Assembly: GCF_902713615.1 (NCBI RefSeq)
Contig: NC_052158.1
Coordinates: 18,844,546-18,908,545, forward strand
Length of the DNA: 64,000 nucleotides
Origin: Scyliorhinus canicula
Taxonomy: Eukaryota
Direction of reading: 5' to 3'
In this document: piece by piece, positions 39,401 to 54,400 of the stretch
Layout: every line of letters starts with the position of its first letter
Position numbering within the stretch: the stretch's first letter is position 1
Translations under genes and position numbers: made by a program
The notes under the pieces: generated by a model
Told to the model about the DNA's origin: nothing
The model's input: the letters and a program-made list of their open reading frames with translations, nothing else
Database searches by the model: none

Positions 39401-42400
39401 ATGGTTAAGTTCTCTTGTTTGGGGGGGGGGGGTGGGGGAATGTGATACATGTGATGTTACGGTATGGGGGGAATTGTGGGTGTTATGGGGCTGTTAGTTG
39501 CATATTACTGCTTTTTGCTATACTTTTTGTTATATTTTCTGCAAAAAATTCCAATAAAAAAATTTAATAAAAAAAAAAAAAAAAAAAAGGAAAGACGGTG
39601 GGTCAGATTCACCGTTCAGTCTGAGAATGGGGATAAGGCTAGTTGGCTGCTAATCTATCAGTTGAGGTGGCACTTCAGTGACAGCGTAGGAGAAAATCAA
39701 TGAGGCATTTGAGGCATCGGTGTTTCCGGAGGTGGAGATGGAAGAGACACCATTGGGGTTACAGGAAATACGGAGTGTGTGGGTTTGTTGGAATCGGAGA
39801 AGGCACCAGGGCCAGATAGCTTTCTAGTTGAATTTTATAAGCAATATCTGGCAGAGCTGACACCTCATCTTTTGGAAATATAGAACGAAACGTTGGTGAG
39901 GGGGGAGTTGGCTGCCACGCTTGCACAGGCTTCTGTTTCGTTGATTCCAAAGAAGGACAAGGATCCGATGGAGGTTGGGTCCGCAGCCCATTTCGTTAAT
40001 GAATATGGATGTCAAGGTATTAGCTAAGGTGTTGGCGAGGTGGTTAGAAGGGTATTGGTCTGGGACCAGACGGGGTTTGTTAAGAACAAAACAGCACAGG
40101 AACAGGCCCTTCGGCCTGCCAAGCCTGCGCCGACCATGGTACCTGCCTAAACTAAAACCGTCTGCACTGACGGAGTCTGTACCCTTCCATTCCCACCCTA
40201 TTCATATATTTGTCTAGATGCCCCTTAAATGCCGCTATCGTACCTGCTCCCACCACCTCGCCAGGCAGCGTGTTCCATACATTTACTACCCTCTGTGTAA
40301 GTGTCGGCAGTTGTCAAGTAATATTAGGAGGCTATTGTATGTGGTTATGATTGTTTTACAGAGTAGAGTGCCAGGGGTGATCATATCAATGGATGTGGAG
40401 AAGGCCTTTGATCGGGTTGAGTGACATATTTGTTCAAGATCCTTCGGAGGTTTGGGTTTGACTGATGTTTGCAGCATGGGGAAGGTTATTGTTTGCATCA
40501 CCCATGATGGAGCTACTGCCTTTCCTTCAACAATCCCACCTCCAGGGCCTCCGCGTACCTCCTATCCACCTGCATAATTTCATCCACCAGCCTCATCATC
40601 TCTGCTCACTCCTGCTTCTCCCTGTGCGCCCGAATCGATATAAACTCCTCCCTGACCACTGCCTTGAGTGCCTCCCACAGCGTGGCGGTCGAGACCTCAC
40701 ATGTGTCTTTTAGTTTCATGTACCCCCAGATGGTGGCCTTCACCTGCTCACACACCTCCTTCTCCGCTAGTGGTCCTACACCCTACCCTTCCTCTCACCC
40801 CCCTCCTTTAGCAACGAACGGTGACCAACTCTTTGAAATACACAATATGCGGGTGTCATCTTCGGTAATATCCCTCAATTGTTCCCCTCGTGGTGTACTT
40901 AACTTTCTGAGGCATAGAAACTTAATCACATCTCCCAGCCACACTGAGGCACTGTGCGGGGATACTAACCTCCACCCCATCAGCACTCGTCTTTGGGCAA
41001 TTAGTGAAGCGAAGACCAGGACATCGGCCCCATGCCCGTCTGCAGCTCCGGTGAGTCTGACACCCCAAATATGGCCCCCAAGGGACAGGGCTCCAGGCCA
41101 ATTTTCAGAACCGGCAGAATTGTTAATGGGCCAACTCAGGACCCGCCTCAGCTTCGTGTTCCCCGATATTGGCGGGAAAGTATGACAGAGCCAGGAACAG
41201 CAGAGGGATAGCCCAGGCAGACAAATCCGGACCAGAAACTTCCAACTGGGAGACCCAGTTCATGTCTGGTACTTTGGAGATGGTGCCAAGTGGGTTCCTG
41301 GGATGGTGGTGTGACAGACAGGGCCAGTCTCATACCAAGTACAGACACAAGAGCAAACAATTAGAAAGCACCTGGACCACTTCTGAGGAGGGGGACCAGC
41401 ATTGCGCCACACCCCTCTGGAGGAACCAGCTACCAGTCATGTCATCCTGACCCGTGGCGGTTCTGGGGCATTGTCCTCAGATGTGAGAGATCATCAACTC
41501 CGACTCGCACATGAAGATCCACGTTCAGAGATTTCTGACGGTGATGTGGTTGAGGATCAGTTGCCGGTGGTGGCACCCCCAGGCCGTTGTCCCGACACGC
41601 TACACGTCCCCTAATCTGAACCCGCAGTCGCCGGAAGCGCAGCGTGAGTGAAGAAGACCAGTCGCCCTCCTGCCCCACCTTCCTCAGAAGGACCTTCGGA
41701 CTTTGGGGGTGGGTGATGTTATAACCCCTACAAGGCCCACGGGGATGAACAGATTAATCTCCCGGTGAGCCTTGTGGATTATGAGCTCCCCCACTGAGGG
41801 GCAGAGACCATCAGCGGATTATTGGACTTGGGACATTAAAGCCGTCCCAGATGGGAGCCGTGTTGTTGTGCGCAGTCCCGGCTGGGACTTGAATTGTTGC
41901 TTGTACATAGTTTACTTTGACAATAAACGTTTTTGCAGAACTCTCTGACCGGACTGCTCTGTGATCACTAAACAGTGTTAGTGTCAAATGTTAGCATATA
42001 TTGGAGGAATAATAAAGCAGCCTGTCTTTTACCTTCAGCAAGTTTATTCTCCATATGGTTCCCCAGTATTTCCAGCTGTCTCCATTTACACTCTTTTGGC
42101 GGTTCAGCCAATAACCATTTCCTGTCTTTAATAAGACAATTAGCTTGACAATGTAAGTGCCAAACCATGGACTTGCTGATGCATTCACAGAAAAGGCCCT
42201 CAACTGTGTCAGACCAATCTCCCGCAGCTCTGCCCTCATCCCAGCCCCTTCCACCCAGAATCATGATAGGGTTCCTCTTGCCCTCACTTTCTGCCCCATC
42301 AGCCTCCATAATCAAGGGTCATTCTCAATCATTTCACCAACTCCAGCATTGTCACCTAAACCAGATCTTCCTCTCCCCGGTCAGCATTCTGTAGGGACCA

Positions 42401-45400
42401 TCCCTCGTGGTTCCCTGGTCCAACCCTCTGTTACCCTTAAAACTGCATTCCTTTCCAACAGCACCTTTCTATGCAATCGCAGAAGGCAAAACACCCGCCC
42501 CTTTATCTCCACCCTCTTCACCGGCCAATCCCCCAGATACTGAAGTAAGAGTTTCAACTGCACGTCCTTCAATTTAACCGACTGTGTTGCTGCTCAAAAC
42601 GCAATCTCCTCTAAATTGGGGAAAGGAAATGCAGATTGGATGGCTGCTTTGTAGAACACCTTCGCTCAGCCCGCTCCTATCACCAAGGGGAATTCAGGAC
42701 AGGGTGGTTTCCAGAGGGTGGGTAGGAGAAGGGAGTGTCTCTGACATTAGCAAGGAACTTATGGGGTCAGAGGAGATGCAGACTGAGGAGCTGAAGCGTA
42801 AGTGGGAGGTGGAGCTGGGAGGAGAGATAGAGGATGGTCTCTGAGCGGACGCGTTGAGTAGTTAATATGTCCACAACATGTGCCGGGCTCAGCCTGATAC
42901 AATTTAAGGTGGTTCATCGGGCTCATAGGACAGTGGCCCGGATGACCAGATTCTTTGGGGTGGAAGACAGGTTTGCAAAGTGTGTGGGAGGGACAGCGAA
43001 CCCTGTCCACATATTCTGGACATGTCTGAAGCTTCGGGGATTTTGATAGGGGTTTGCGGATGTCATGTCCACGGTGTTAAAAACAAGGGGGGCACTGAGT
43101 CCAGAGGTGGCGATTTTCGGGGTGTCGGAAGACCGGGAATCCAGGAGAAGAAAGAGGCAGACGTTCTGGCCTTTGCTTCCCTGATAGCCCGGAGACGGAT
43201 ATTATTAGCCTGGAGGGACTCAAAGCCCATGAAGTCGGAGACCTGGCTATCGGACATGGCTAGCTTCCTCTGTTTGGAGAAAATCAAGTTCGCCTTGAGA
43301 GGGTCAATGTTAGGGTTCACCCGGAGGTGGCAACCGTTCGTCGGCTTCTTTGCGGAAAATTAATCATCAGCAGAAGGGGCGGGTGGGTTAGTTTAGCTTA
43401 GAGTAGGGGGTTAATAAAGGTGGGACCTGTAAGGGAGGGAGACGGCTTTTGCACTATGTTTATAGATTCATGTACATTGTTTATTTTGTTGTTGTTGTAA
43501 AACCAAAAATACCTCAATAAAATGTTTATTAAAAAAAAAGAACACCTTCGCTCAGTTGCCCCAACGCCAGCATTTCTGTCCTTGTTCCAATGTTCCAATG
43601 CAGCCCAGAGCAAATTGTAAGAACAGCATCTTATCTTTCGATTAGGCACTTTCACAGCCTTTTGGATTTAACTTCAGACCATGAAAGTTCTTTAATTTTG
43701 ATATGATATTCCAACCGTCTCCCCCACTGGGCTATCTGTATCTTGTTTTGCTTTCAGAGTGCTGCCCCTTGTTCTGCTATTAACACATTACCTTCCTTTA
43801 TGTCATTATTAAAATATTGTTTCGTCTTTAACACTACGATGAACACTCTCTTTGTCTTGTGTCCATGACATCCTTGTCAATCTCTCCTGACTTCTCACCT
43901 ATCCCTGACCTTCTATTCTGCTCCACTTTCCCAACCTCCTCTCCAGCTACATAATCCATCACATTTCTACCCCCTTCAGCTCTGAAGTGTTCGTTTTTTA
44001 TTTCAGATTTCCACTATCTGCAATATTTTGCTTTAATTTACCTCTCCCCTACTCAATATCACTTTGCCATGTCACAGCACAGGAGTCTGACTGGACAGCT
44101 CCATCCAATTTCTCTGATTTTGATCATTGTTCTGCTCCAACATCTTTTGGTCTATGGGTAAGAGACCCAGCTTCCATGAAGATCACAACCACAACTCCTG
44201 TGACAGAGGCCAGGATTTCCAGGCGAAATTCCTGCCAAAACTCAAAGGACTTTTGCTGGTTCACCAAATTTTGCATCCGGCTTGCATTGGGTCCCAACAT
44301 GGACGGGAGAAGAAAGTCCCGCTCAGAAAGTTCTTAAGCAATGTACTGAGCAATTCAGAAGCTGTATACATTTCAATATGTGGAAATAAATTGAAGTACT
44401 CACCATAGACAAACAATTTGATTGTTTTCGCCAAAAATCCATTCACAGTAATGCTATAATTCCCCTGATCAGCAAGTTGTAAATTATTTATTGTCAGCGA
44501 CAAAGTAACGCTATTCAAATATAGTCGGGATTTGAACTGTTCACTTGGCACGAAGTCATGATGATTTTCTTTGTAATCCAAAATAGTTACTGGATCTTTC
44601 CCATTGACGGTGAGCACCCATAAAATGTCACTGTCGTTGAGAACACTTTCACATTTAGGATCCAGTAAAACTGATGAACCAACATTGCCAAATATGTTTT
44701 TGCTTCCGGGTAATTGATCTAAAAGAACAAATTTAATAATTTAAAACAGTGGCAATGAAATACTCAAATACAGCAATGATCATAAAGAATAACTATAGCA
44801 AATGAGAACTGCATTATATGAGCAAATAACATCAGGAGTTCTGGATATATTTGTATATTTGGGGCTGGAGTTTCCGCTTGTTTGTACTGATAATAGCAAT
44901 GCAATTTGGGTTGGATTGACCGGAGCAATGGAGGAATTTTAAATTAATTCAAAACTAATTACCGTAATATTTTCTGTAATTTTTTAAGCTGTTTTAAAGT
45001 TCCAATTTACCCTCATCTGGTCCTGCCCAAAATAAATGTCATCAATTTCACAGGTTCAGGAAAGATCTTTAAATTCTGCACTTCGGTGCACAGACTCCAC
45101 TAGACACATTTTTGAAGTTCTGCAGATCAAGATGATTTAATTTTGGATCTCCTGGCATACGACCTAAGGTCTTCTCCCTCTCCCTCCTCCTGAATAAAGA
45201 CTGGCCTACATCAATGGAACCATCAAATGGCTCAATATAGTTTTGTAATTTTCTGTGATTATTACTCAGGTTTCTCAGAGCTGAAGGGCTTCTTAAAAAT
45301 GCTTATTTTGGGTGATTGTCAGTTTTCAGCTGTATTAATAAAATAGTAACAGATTATCACTCAAATGGATAAAGGAATATTTTTAATGAAACGAGGAACT

Positions 45401-48400
45401 ATTACACTCTGAAACACTGCACAATTAAGCTTGCACATTCAGTTTCCCTTTTTTGATCATATAAATCAATGATCATATTGGATTGAAAATTTGAACTGAA
45501 CTCTGCAATTTCAAACACATTTTCCCTATTGTGCCTCAAGTAGACTTTCTATCCCCTGATGGCTACTACACCCAGACTGCGGCCTAAATCAGAGGAAAGT
45601 ACAGCACAGCAGAAGGCTATTCTGGCAATCAAGACCGCTCTGCCTCTTTCACAAAACAATCCAGTTAAGTGCACAACCTGTTCATTCACAATATCCCTGC
45701 AATTTTACTCCAAGTGTGCTGGACCCATGTGAACCAACTTGGATTTTCGCCATGGTCACTGCACAGTTAAACCTTCTTTTCTCTATCCATCTTTTAACTG
45801 AATGAATGCAAAGGGGGTGAGGTTATAAACCCTCTTTTCATATTTTGACATTTCCTGAGGGTCAGTGTAGACCCGCTGGGCTGAATGGCCTCCTTCTGCC
45901 CTGTAAGGATTGTGTGGACTGTCTGCAAATAAATTAACTTTCTGAGTTCATCTCATCTTGAGTTTGCTATGAATAGGGGATTGGATCACATCAACCGCGA
46001 GAAGTTGGGAAATGCACTTATAAAATGGAAAGCAAGACGGTGTGGGAGGAGAAATTGGTGCTGCTTATATTCACCGCCACCTGTCTGTAATAATGCTCAC
46101 ACTCAATCCATCTGTCTTTATTCGGGAGAAGGTAGCCTACAATAGGAGGGAGGGAGAAGACCACAGGTCCTATGCCAGGAGACCCAAAACCTTTCGAGCA
46201 GGAGGCTGCAGAGCTGACAGGGGAGGACAGCGACCATGCTTGTGCTGAGTACAAGGTCTGACTCTCCCAGAAATCCTCTGAGGAAGCATCCATTATTCTA
46301 ACAACTTCGGAAAATCAAGGTGAATGATGTGTGCAATGTCAAAGGCAGTCGCTCATTCTCGCTTTCCTTCATTCCAGCTGCAATCGGGATGGCAAGCAGG
46401 CCAATATCCTTCAAGAAAAAAGTCCGAGCCTCCAGCCCGCCCTGGTTGAGTTAACACCAGTACAGACATCATAGCATTCATCTACACCATCCACCAGTGC
46501 AGAGGCACACAACGTTGCATTATAGATCTACTGTAAGATCAGGGTCACACTCGAGCAGTCACATATCTACAGCAGGTGAGACAGTTGTGATATTATGTGA
46601 AATGTTCAGAATACAAAGGATTAGTGTCATATCATAATTAACCAGTAGATGGATGCAGAACTATATAAAGCACTGACTCACAGGCTTCTGGGAAAAGGTA
46701 GAATGCAGTTATAGCTAGAGTGTCGCGACTCGTGTTAGTAGAGTGTAGATTGTTTTCCGTCGGAGTAAATGGTCGAGCTTTAATTCGTAGTTTAAATAAA
46801 TGTTAGCTTTGTTAGTGAACACTACATAAGAACAGGGAGCAGGAGTAGGCCATCTGGCCCCTCGAGCCTGCTCCGCCATTCAATGAGATCATGGCTGATC
46901 TTTTGTGGACTCAGCTCCACTCTACCCGTCCGAACACCATAATCCTTTATTCCTTTATTCTTCAAAAAACTATCTATCTTTATCTTGAAAATATTTGATG
47001 AAGGAGCCTCAACTGCTTCACTGGGCAGGGAATTCCATAGATTCACAACCCTTTGGGTGAAGAAGTTCCTCCTAAACTCAGTCCTAAATCTACTTCCCCT
47101 TATTTTGAGGCTATAGCCCCCGAGTTCTGCTTTCACCCGCCAGTGGAAACAACCTGCCCGCATCTATCCTGTCTATTGCCTTCATAATTTTATATGTTTC
47201 TATGAGATCCCCTTCTAAATTCCAATGAGTACAGTCTCAATCTACTTAACCTCTCCTCGTAATCCAACCCCCTCAACTCTGGGATTAACCTAGTGAATCT
47301 CCTCTGCACACCCTCCAGTGCCAGTACATCCTTTCTCAGGTAAGGAGACCAAAACTGAACACAATACTCCAGGTGTGGCCTCACTAACACCTTATACAAT
47401 TGCAACATAACCTCCCTAGCCTTAAACTCCATCCCTCTAGCAATGAAGGACAAAATTCCATTTGCCTTCTTAATCACCTGTTGCACCTGTAAATCAATTA
47501 TTTATGATTCATGTACTAGGCCACCCAGGACCCCTCCACAGCAACATGTTTTAATATTTTATCATTTAAATAATAACCCCTTTTGCTGTTATTCCTACCA
47601 AAATGGATAACCTCACATTTGTCAACATTGTATTCCATCTGCCAGACCCTAGCCCATTCACTTAAACTATCCAAATCCCTCTGCAGACTTCCAGTATCCT
47701 CTGCACTTTTTGCTTTACCACTCATCTTAGTGTCATCTGCAAACTTGGACACATTGCACTTGGTCCCCAACTCCAAATCATCAATGTAAATTGTGAACAA
47801 TTGTGGGCCCAACGCTGATCCCTAAAGGACACCACTAGCTACTGATTGCCAACCAAAGAAACACCCATTAATCCCCACTCTTTGCTTTCTATTAATTAAC
47901 CAATCCTCTATCCATGCTACTACTTTACCCTTAACACCATGCATCTTTATCTTATGCAGCAACCTTTTGTGTGGCACCTTGTCAAAAGCTTTCTGGAAAT
48001 CCAGATATACCACATCCATTGGATCCCCGTTTTCTACTGCACTGGTAATGTCCTCAAAAGATTCCACTAAATTAGTTAGGCATGATCTGCCCTTCTACTG
48101 TATGTGTATTTGCGGGGTTTAGGGTAAGATGTGGGGTGGCCTTAGGGTGGGTGGGGTGATGTCGTACGGCTGTTTTCTTTATGGGTTTTCAAGCAGGAGT
48201 TGGGTGGACGGGTTCGGACTGAGGGGTAAACGGGGTGTTCGGGGAGCTGGTGGGGGGGACTGACAATGGGAGTGGCCCTGGAGGAGGCGGGGCCCGGCAG
48301 GGCAAAAGCGCGGGCTTTCTGTGGGATTCCCACGCTGGGAGAGGGAGGGGGCGTGTTTTCTTTTCCCGCGCAGGAGCGGGGGAGGGTGGACTGGTTGATC

Positions 48401-51400
48401 GGCACAATGGAGGAGGGGCAGTCCCACGTTGGGAGGAGCCGAAAGTAGAGCGGGAGCCGCCGGGGTCAGCAGAAGATAGCTAGCTCACGGGAGTGCTGTG
48501 GAGGGGGGGGCGCGGTTAGGAGGGAACCTAGCCTTGGGGGGGGGGGGGGGGGGGGGGGGGGATACCGGGTTGCTGCTGAAACGGTCAGGAAGGAGCTGGA
48601 GGACGCAGGGGGTGCTGGAGGGGGGGAGGTGCTGCCGTGGGAAACTGGCAGAGCGTGGGACGCTGGCCGGGGGTGGGCAAGGGATGGGGTATGGCAAATC
48701 GGCAGGGGAAGGGGGCAGGGAGCCCTCGGATCCGGCTGATAACCTGGAATGTGAGGGGACTGAATGGGCCGGTCAAAAGGGCCCGAGTAGTTGTGCCCCT
48801 GAAGGGACTGAAGGCGGATGTGGCCATGTTCCAGGAGACACACCGGAGAGTGGTGGAACAGGTCCCGCTGAGAAAGGGGTGGGTGGGCCAGGTATTCCAC
48901 TCAGGGCTGGATGAGAAGAGTAAGGGGGTGGTGATCCTGGTGGGGAAGAAGGTGTCGTTTGAGGCGTTGAAGGTGGTGGCTGATAGTGGCGGGAGGTACG
49001 TGACGGTGAGTGGCAAGCTGCAGGGGGAACGGGTAGTGTTGGTGAATGTTTATGCCCCAAATTGGGACGATGCGGGGTTCATGCGGCGTATGTTGGGCCG
49101 CATTCCGGACCTGGAGGTGGGGGGCCTGATCATGGGGGGAGACTTTAACACTGTACTGGATCCCCCATTGGATCGATCCAAGTCCCGGACGGGTAGGAGG
49201 TCGGCGGCGGCTAAGGTGCTGAGGGGATTTATGGACCAGATGGGGGGGGGGTGGACCCTGGAGGTTTGTGAGGCCAAGAGCCAGGGAATACTCGTTTTTC
49301 TCCCATGTACGTAAGGCCTACTCGAGGATTGATTTTTTTTGTCCTGAGCAGGGGGTTGGTTTCGAGGGTGGAGGATGCGGAATACTCCGCCATTGCCATT
49401 TCGGATCATGCCCCGCACTGGATGGACCTCGGGCTGGGGGAAGAGAGGGACCAAAGTCCGCTCTGGCGCATGGAGGTGGGGCTGCTGGCAGAGGAGGAGG
49501 TGGCCGGGAGCGTCCGGGGGTGTATTGAGAGATACCTCGAGGCCAATGATAACGGGGAGGTTCGGGTGGGTACGGTCTGGGAGGCATTGAAGGCGGTGAT
49601 GAGGGGGGAATTGATCTCCATCCGAACCCATAGGGAGAGGGGGGAGCAGAGGGAAAGGGAAAGACTGATGGGGGAGATGGCGCAGGTGGATAGGAAATAT
49701 GCGGAGGCCCCAGAGGAGGGATTGCTGGGGGAGAGGCGTAGCCTTCAGGCCAGATTTGACCTACTGACGACCAGAAAGGCGGAAGCCCAGTGGAGGAAAG
49801 CACAGGGGGCGGTGTATGAACACGGGGAGAAGGCGAGCAGGATGCTGGCGCACCAGCTCCGGAAGCGCGACGCGGCCAGGGAGATTGGGGGAGTGATGGA
49901 TAGAGCTGGGAAGGTGGTGCGGAGGGGGGTAGATGTCAATGGGGTCTTCAGGGACTTCTATGGGGAACTGTACCAGTCTGAGCCCCCGGTGGAGGAGGGT
50001 GGAATGGGGCGCTTCCTGGACAAGTTGTGATTCCCGAGGGTGGAAGAGGAGCAGGTGGAGGGACTAGGGGCGCCGATCGAGTTGGAGGAGGTGGTCAAAG
50101 GGATAGGGAGCATGCAGTCGGGGAAGGCGCCGGGGCCGGACGGGTTTCCGGCGGAATTCTATAAAAAGTATTTGGACCTGTTGGGCCCCCTGTTGGTCTG
50201 GACCTTTAACGAGGCAAGGGGGGGGGGGGCTCTGCCCCCAACTATGTCACGGGCACTGATTTCCTTGATCCTGAAGCGGGACAAGGACCCTCTGCAGTGT
50301 GGATCATATCGGCCGATTTCGCTGCTGAACGCCGATGCTAAGCTGCTGGCAAAGATCCTGGCCACTAGAATAGAGGATTGTGTGCCTGGGGTCATTCATG
50401 AGGACCAGACGGGGTTTGTGAACGGAAGGCAGCTGAACACAAACGTGCGAAAACTCCTCAATGTCATTATGATGCCGGCGGTGGAAGGGGAGGCGGAGAT
50501 AGTGGTGGCGTTGGATGCGGAGAAGGCCTTCGATAGGGTGGAGTGGGAGTACTTGTGGGAGGTGTTGGAGAGGTTTGGGTTTGGGGAGGGGTTTATCCGG
50601 TGGGTGAGGCTGCTCTGCGAGGCCCCGATGGCAAGTGTAGCCACGAATAGGAGGAGGTCGGAGTACTTTCGGCTGCATTGGGGGACGAGACAGGGGTGCC
50701 CCCTGTCCCCCTTGCTCTTCGAGTTGGCGATTGAGCCCCTGGCCATGGCACTGAGGGAGTCAGGGAACTGGAGGGGCCTGGTGCGGGGTGGGGAGGAGCA
50801 TCAAGTGTCGCTGTATGCGGACGACCTGCTGCTGTATGTGGCGGACCCGGTGGGGGGAATGCCGGAGGTGATGAGGATCCTTGGGGAATTCGGGGGTTTC
50901 TCGGGGTATAAGTTGAACCTGGGCAAGAGCAAGGTGTTTGTGGTGCATCCGGGGGATCAAGAGGAGGGGATTGGTAGGCTCCCATTGACGCAGGCAGGGA
51001 AGAGTTTCAGGTACCTAGGGGTCCAGATGGCAGGGAGCTGGGGGGCCCTGCACAAGCTCAACCTCACAAGGTTGGTGGAGCAGATGGAGGAGGAGTTTAA
51101 GTGGTGGGATATGTTACCATTGTCACTGGCGGGGAGGGTGCAGTCCGTCAAGATGACGGTGCTCCCGAGGTTTTTGTTCTTGTTCCAGTGCCTCCCCATC
51201 TTTATCCCGAAGGCCTTTTTCAGGAGGGTCAACAGCAGTATCACGGGATTTGTGTGGGCGCATGGGACTCCGAGGGTTCGAAGAGTGTTCCTGGAACGAG
51301 GCAGGGATGGGGGGGGCTGGCGTTGCCCAACCTCTGTGGGTACTACTGGGCAGCCAACGCAGCGATGGTGCGTAAGTGGGTAATGGGCGAGGAGGGGGCA

Positions 51401-54400
51401 GCGTGGAAGAGGATGGAGGCGGCGTCTTGTATGGGCACGAGCCTGGAAGCGCTAGTCACGACGCCGTTGCCGCTCCCTCCAACGAGGTATACCACGAGCC
51501 CGGTGGTGGCGGCTAACCTCAAATTTGGGGGCAATGGAGACGGCACAGGGGAGAAATGGGGGGCTCGATGGAGGCCCCGATACGCGGGAACCATTGGTTC
51601 GTCCCAGGGAGCATTGATGGTGGATTCCTGGGCTGGCACAGGGCAGGGGTTAGGAGGTTGAGGGACCCGTTTGTGGAGGGGAGGTTAATGGGAAGAGGAG
51701 CTGGGGGAGGAGATTGAGGAGGGGACGTGGGCGGATGCCCTGGAGAGAGTGAATTCCTCCTCTTCCTGTGCGAGGCTTGGCCTCATACAGTTCAAGGTGC
51801 TGCATAGGGCCCACATGACTGGGACAAGGATGAGTAGGTTTTTCGGGGGCGAAGACACGTGTGCTAGGTGCTCGGGGAGCCCAGCGAACCACGCCCATAT
51901 GTTTTGGGCGTGCCCAGCGTTGGGGAAGTTTTGGAAGGGGGTAGCAAAGACGGTGTCGAGGGTGGTGGGATCCAGGGTCGAGCCAGGCTGGGGACTAGCA
52001 ATTTTTGGGGTTGCAGTGGAGCCGGGAGTGCAGGAGGCGAAAGAGGCCAGTGTTCTGGCCTTTGCGTCCCTAGCAGCCCGGCGGAGGATCTTGCTCCAAT
52101 GGAAGGATGCGAGGCCCCAAGCGTGGAGGCCTGGATCAATGATATGGCGGGTTTCATTAAATTGGAGAGGGTGAAATTTGCCCTGAGGGGATCAGTACAA
52201 GGGTTTTTCAGGCGGTGGCAGCCCTTTCTGGACTTCCTGGTGGAACGGTAGGGAAATAGGCCGACAGCAGCAGCAACCCGGGGGGGGGGGGGGGGGGGGG
52301 GGGGGTAAGGATTGGGGGGAGGGAGAACTGTGCACATGGGTTTGTGGAGTGTGCTATCTCTCTCCTTTGTTTTTTTTTCTCTTTCTCTTTGTTTATGTTT
52401 TTTTTTCCCTTTTGTTTGAAGTTGCTCTTGAAGCTGGGGGGCATTGTTTTGTCCGTTAATAGAGTTAAGATGTTTATATTTTGTAAAAACTTCAATAAAA
52501 ATTATTTATTAAAAAAAAAGGCATGACCTGCCCTTTATGACCCCATGCTGTGTCTGCCGAATGGAACAATTTCTATCCAGATTCCTCGCTATTTCTTCCT
52601 TGATGATAGATTCCAGCATCTTCTCTACTACCGAAGTTAAGCTAACTGGCCTTTAATTACCCGCATTCTGCCTACCTCCTTTTTTAAACAGTGGTGTCAC
52701 ATTTGCTAATTTCCAATCCGCCGGGACCACCCCAGAGTCTCGTGAATTTTGGTGAATTATCACTGGTGCATTTGCAATTTCCCTAGCTATCTCTTTTAGT
52801 ACTCAGGGGTGCATTCCATCAGGGCCAGGAGACTTATCTATCTTTAGACACATTAGCTTGCCCATCACTACCTCCTTAGTGATAACAATCGTCTCAAGGT
52901 CCTTACCTGTCATAGCCTCATTTCCATCAGTCACTGGCATGTTATTTGTGTCTTTCACTGTGAAGACCGATCCAAAAAACCTGAAATTCCTCAGCCATTT
53001 CCTCATCTCCCATTATTGAATCTCCCTTCTCATCCTCTAAAGGACCAATATTTACCTTAGCCACTCTCTTTTGTTTGATATATTTGCATAAATCTTTACT
53101 ATATTTTATATTCTGAGCAAGTTTACTCTCATAATCTATCTTACTCTTCTTTACAGCTTTTTTTAGTAGCTTTCTGTTGTCACCTAAAGATTTCCCAATC
53201 CTCTCGTCTCCCACTAATCTTTGCCACTTTGTATGCTTTTTACTTCAATTTGATACTCTCTTATTTCCTTAGATATCCATTGTCATTTTTCCCTCTTTCT
53301 ATTGTCCTTCCTTTTTGTTGGTATTAATTTTTGCTGAGCACTGTGAAAAATCGCTTGGAAGGTTCTCCACTGTTCTTCTCTCATCCCATTGTAATCTCCT
53401 TTGTTTAAGCACGAAACACGAGTATTTGATTTTACATTCTCACCCTCCATCTGTATTTTAAATTCCAACATATTGTGATCATTCCTTCCGAGAGGATCCC
53501 TAACTATGAGATCATTAATCAATCCTGTCTCATTACACAGGAGCAGATCTAGGATCGCTTGTTCCCTCGTAGATTCCATTACATACTGTTCTAGGAAACT
53601 ATCGCGGATACATTCTATAAACTCCTCCTCAAGGCTGCCTTGTTAAACAAATCAACAGGTAGATTAAAATCCCCCATGATAACTGCTGTACCATTTCTAC
53701 ACGCATCAGTTATTTCTGTTTATTGCCCACCCCACCGTAATGTTACTATTTGGTGGTCTATAGGCTACTCCTATCAGTGACTTTTTCACCTTACTATTCC
53801 AGATTTCCACCCAAATGGATTCAACCTTATCCTCCATAGCACCGATGTCATCCCTCACTACTGCCCAGATGTGATAGAATTTAGAATCATAGAATTTACA
53901 GTGCAGAAGGAGGCCATTCAGCCCATCGAGTCTGCACCAGCCCTTGGAAAGAGCACCCTACCTAGGCCCACACCTCCACCTTATCCCCATAACCCCACCT
54001 AACCTTTTGGACACTAAAGGCAATTTAGCATGGCCAATCCACCTAACCTGCACATCTTTGGACTGTGGGAGGAAACCGGAGCGCCCAAAGGAAACTCACG
54101 CAGACATGGGGAGGACAAGCAGACTCCGCACAGACAGTGACAGACAGTGACCCAAGCCGGGAATCGAACCTGAGACCCTGGAGCTGTGAAGCAACTGTGT
54201 TAACCACATCGCTACCGCGCTGCCCCGTCATCCTTAAATAACAGAGCAAACCCACCTCCCTTACCATCCACTCTGTCCTTCCGAATAGTTTGATACCCTT
54301 TGATATTTAATTCCCAGTCGTGACCATCCTTTAACTATGTTTCAATAATGGCCACTAAATCAGTCATTCACGATGATTTGCGCCATCAACTCATTTACCT

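Noticed and set aside
44111-44340. Hydrophobic minus-strand stretch [20 protein letters not shown] just downstream of V1, and plus-strand ORF 43987..44337
   Set aside because: There is no phase-compatible strong acceptor/donor pair, the hydrophobic run is short, and it contains a GGCCAGGATTTCC MITE-like terminus.
46018-46293. Minus-strand ORF as a candidate leader exon
   Set aside because: It has no signal-peptide character or phase-1 donor, the opposite strand looks like a Myb/SANT transposon remnant, and a much better leader exists at 61642-61717.
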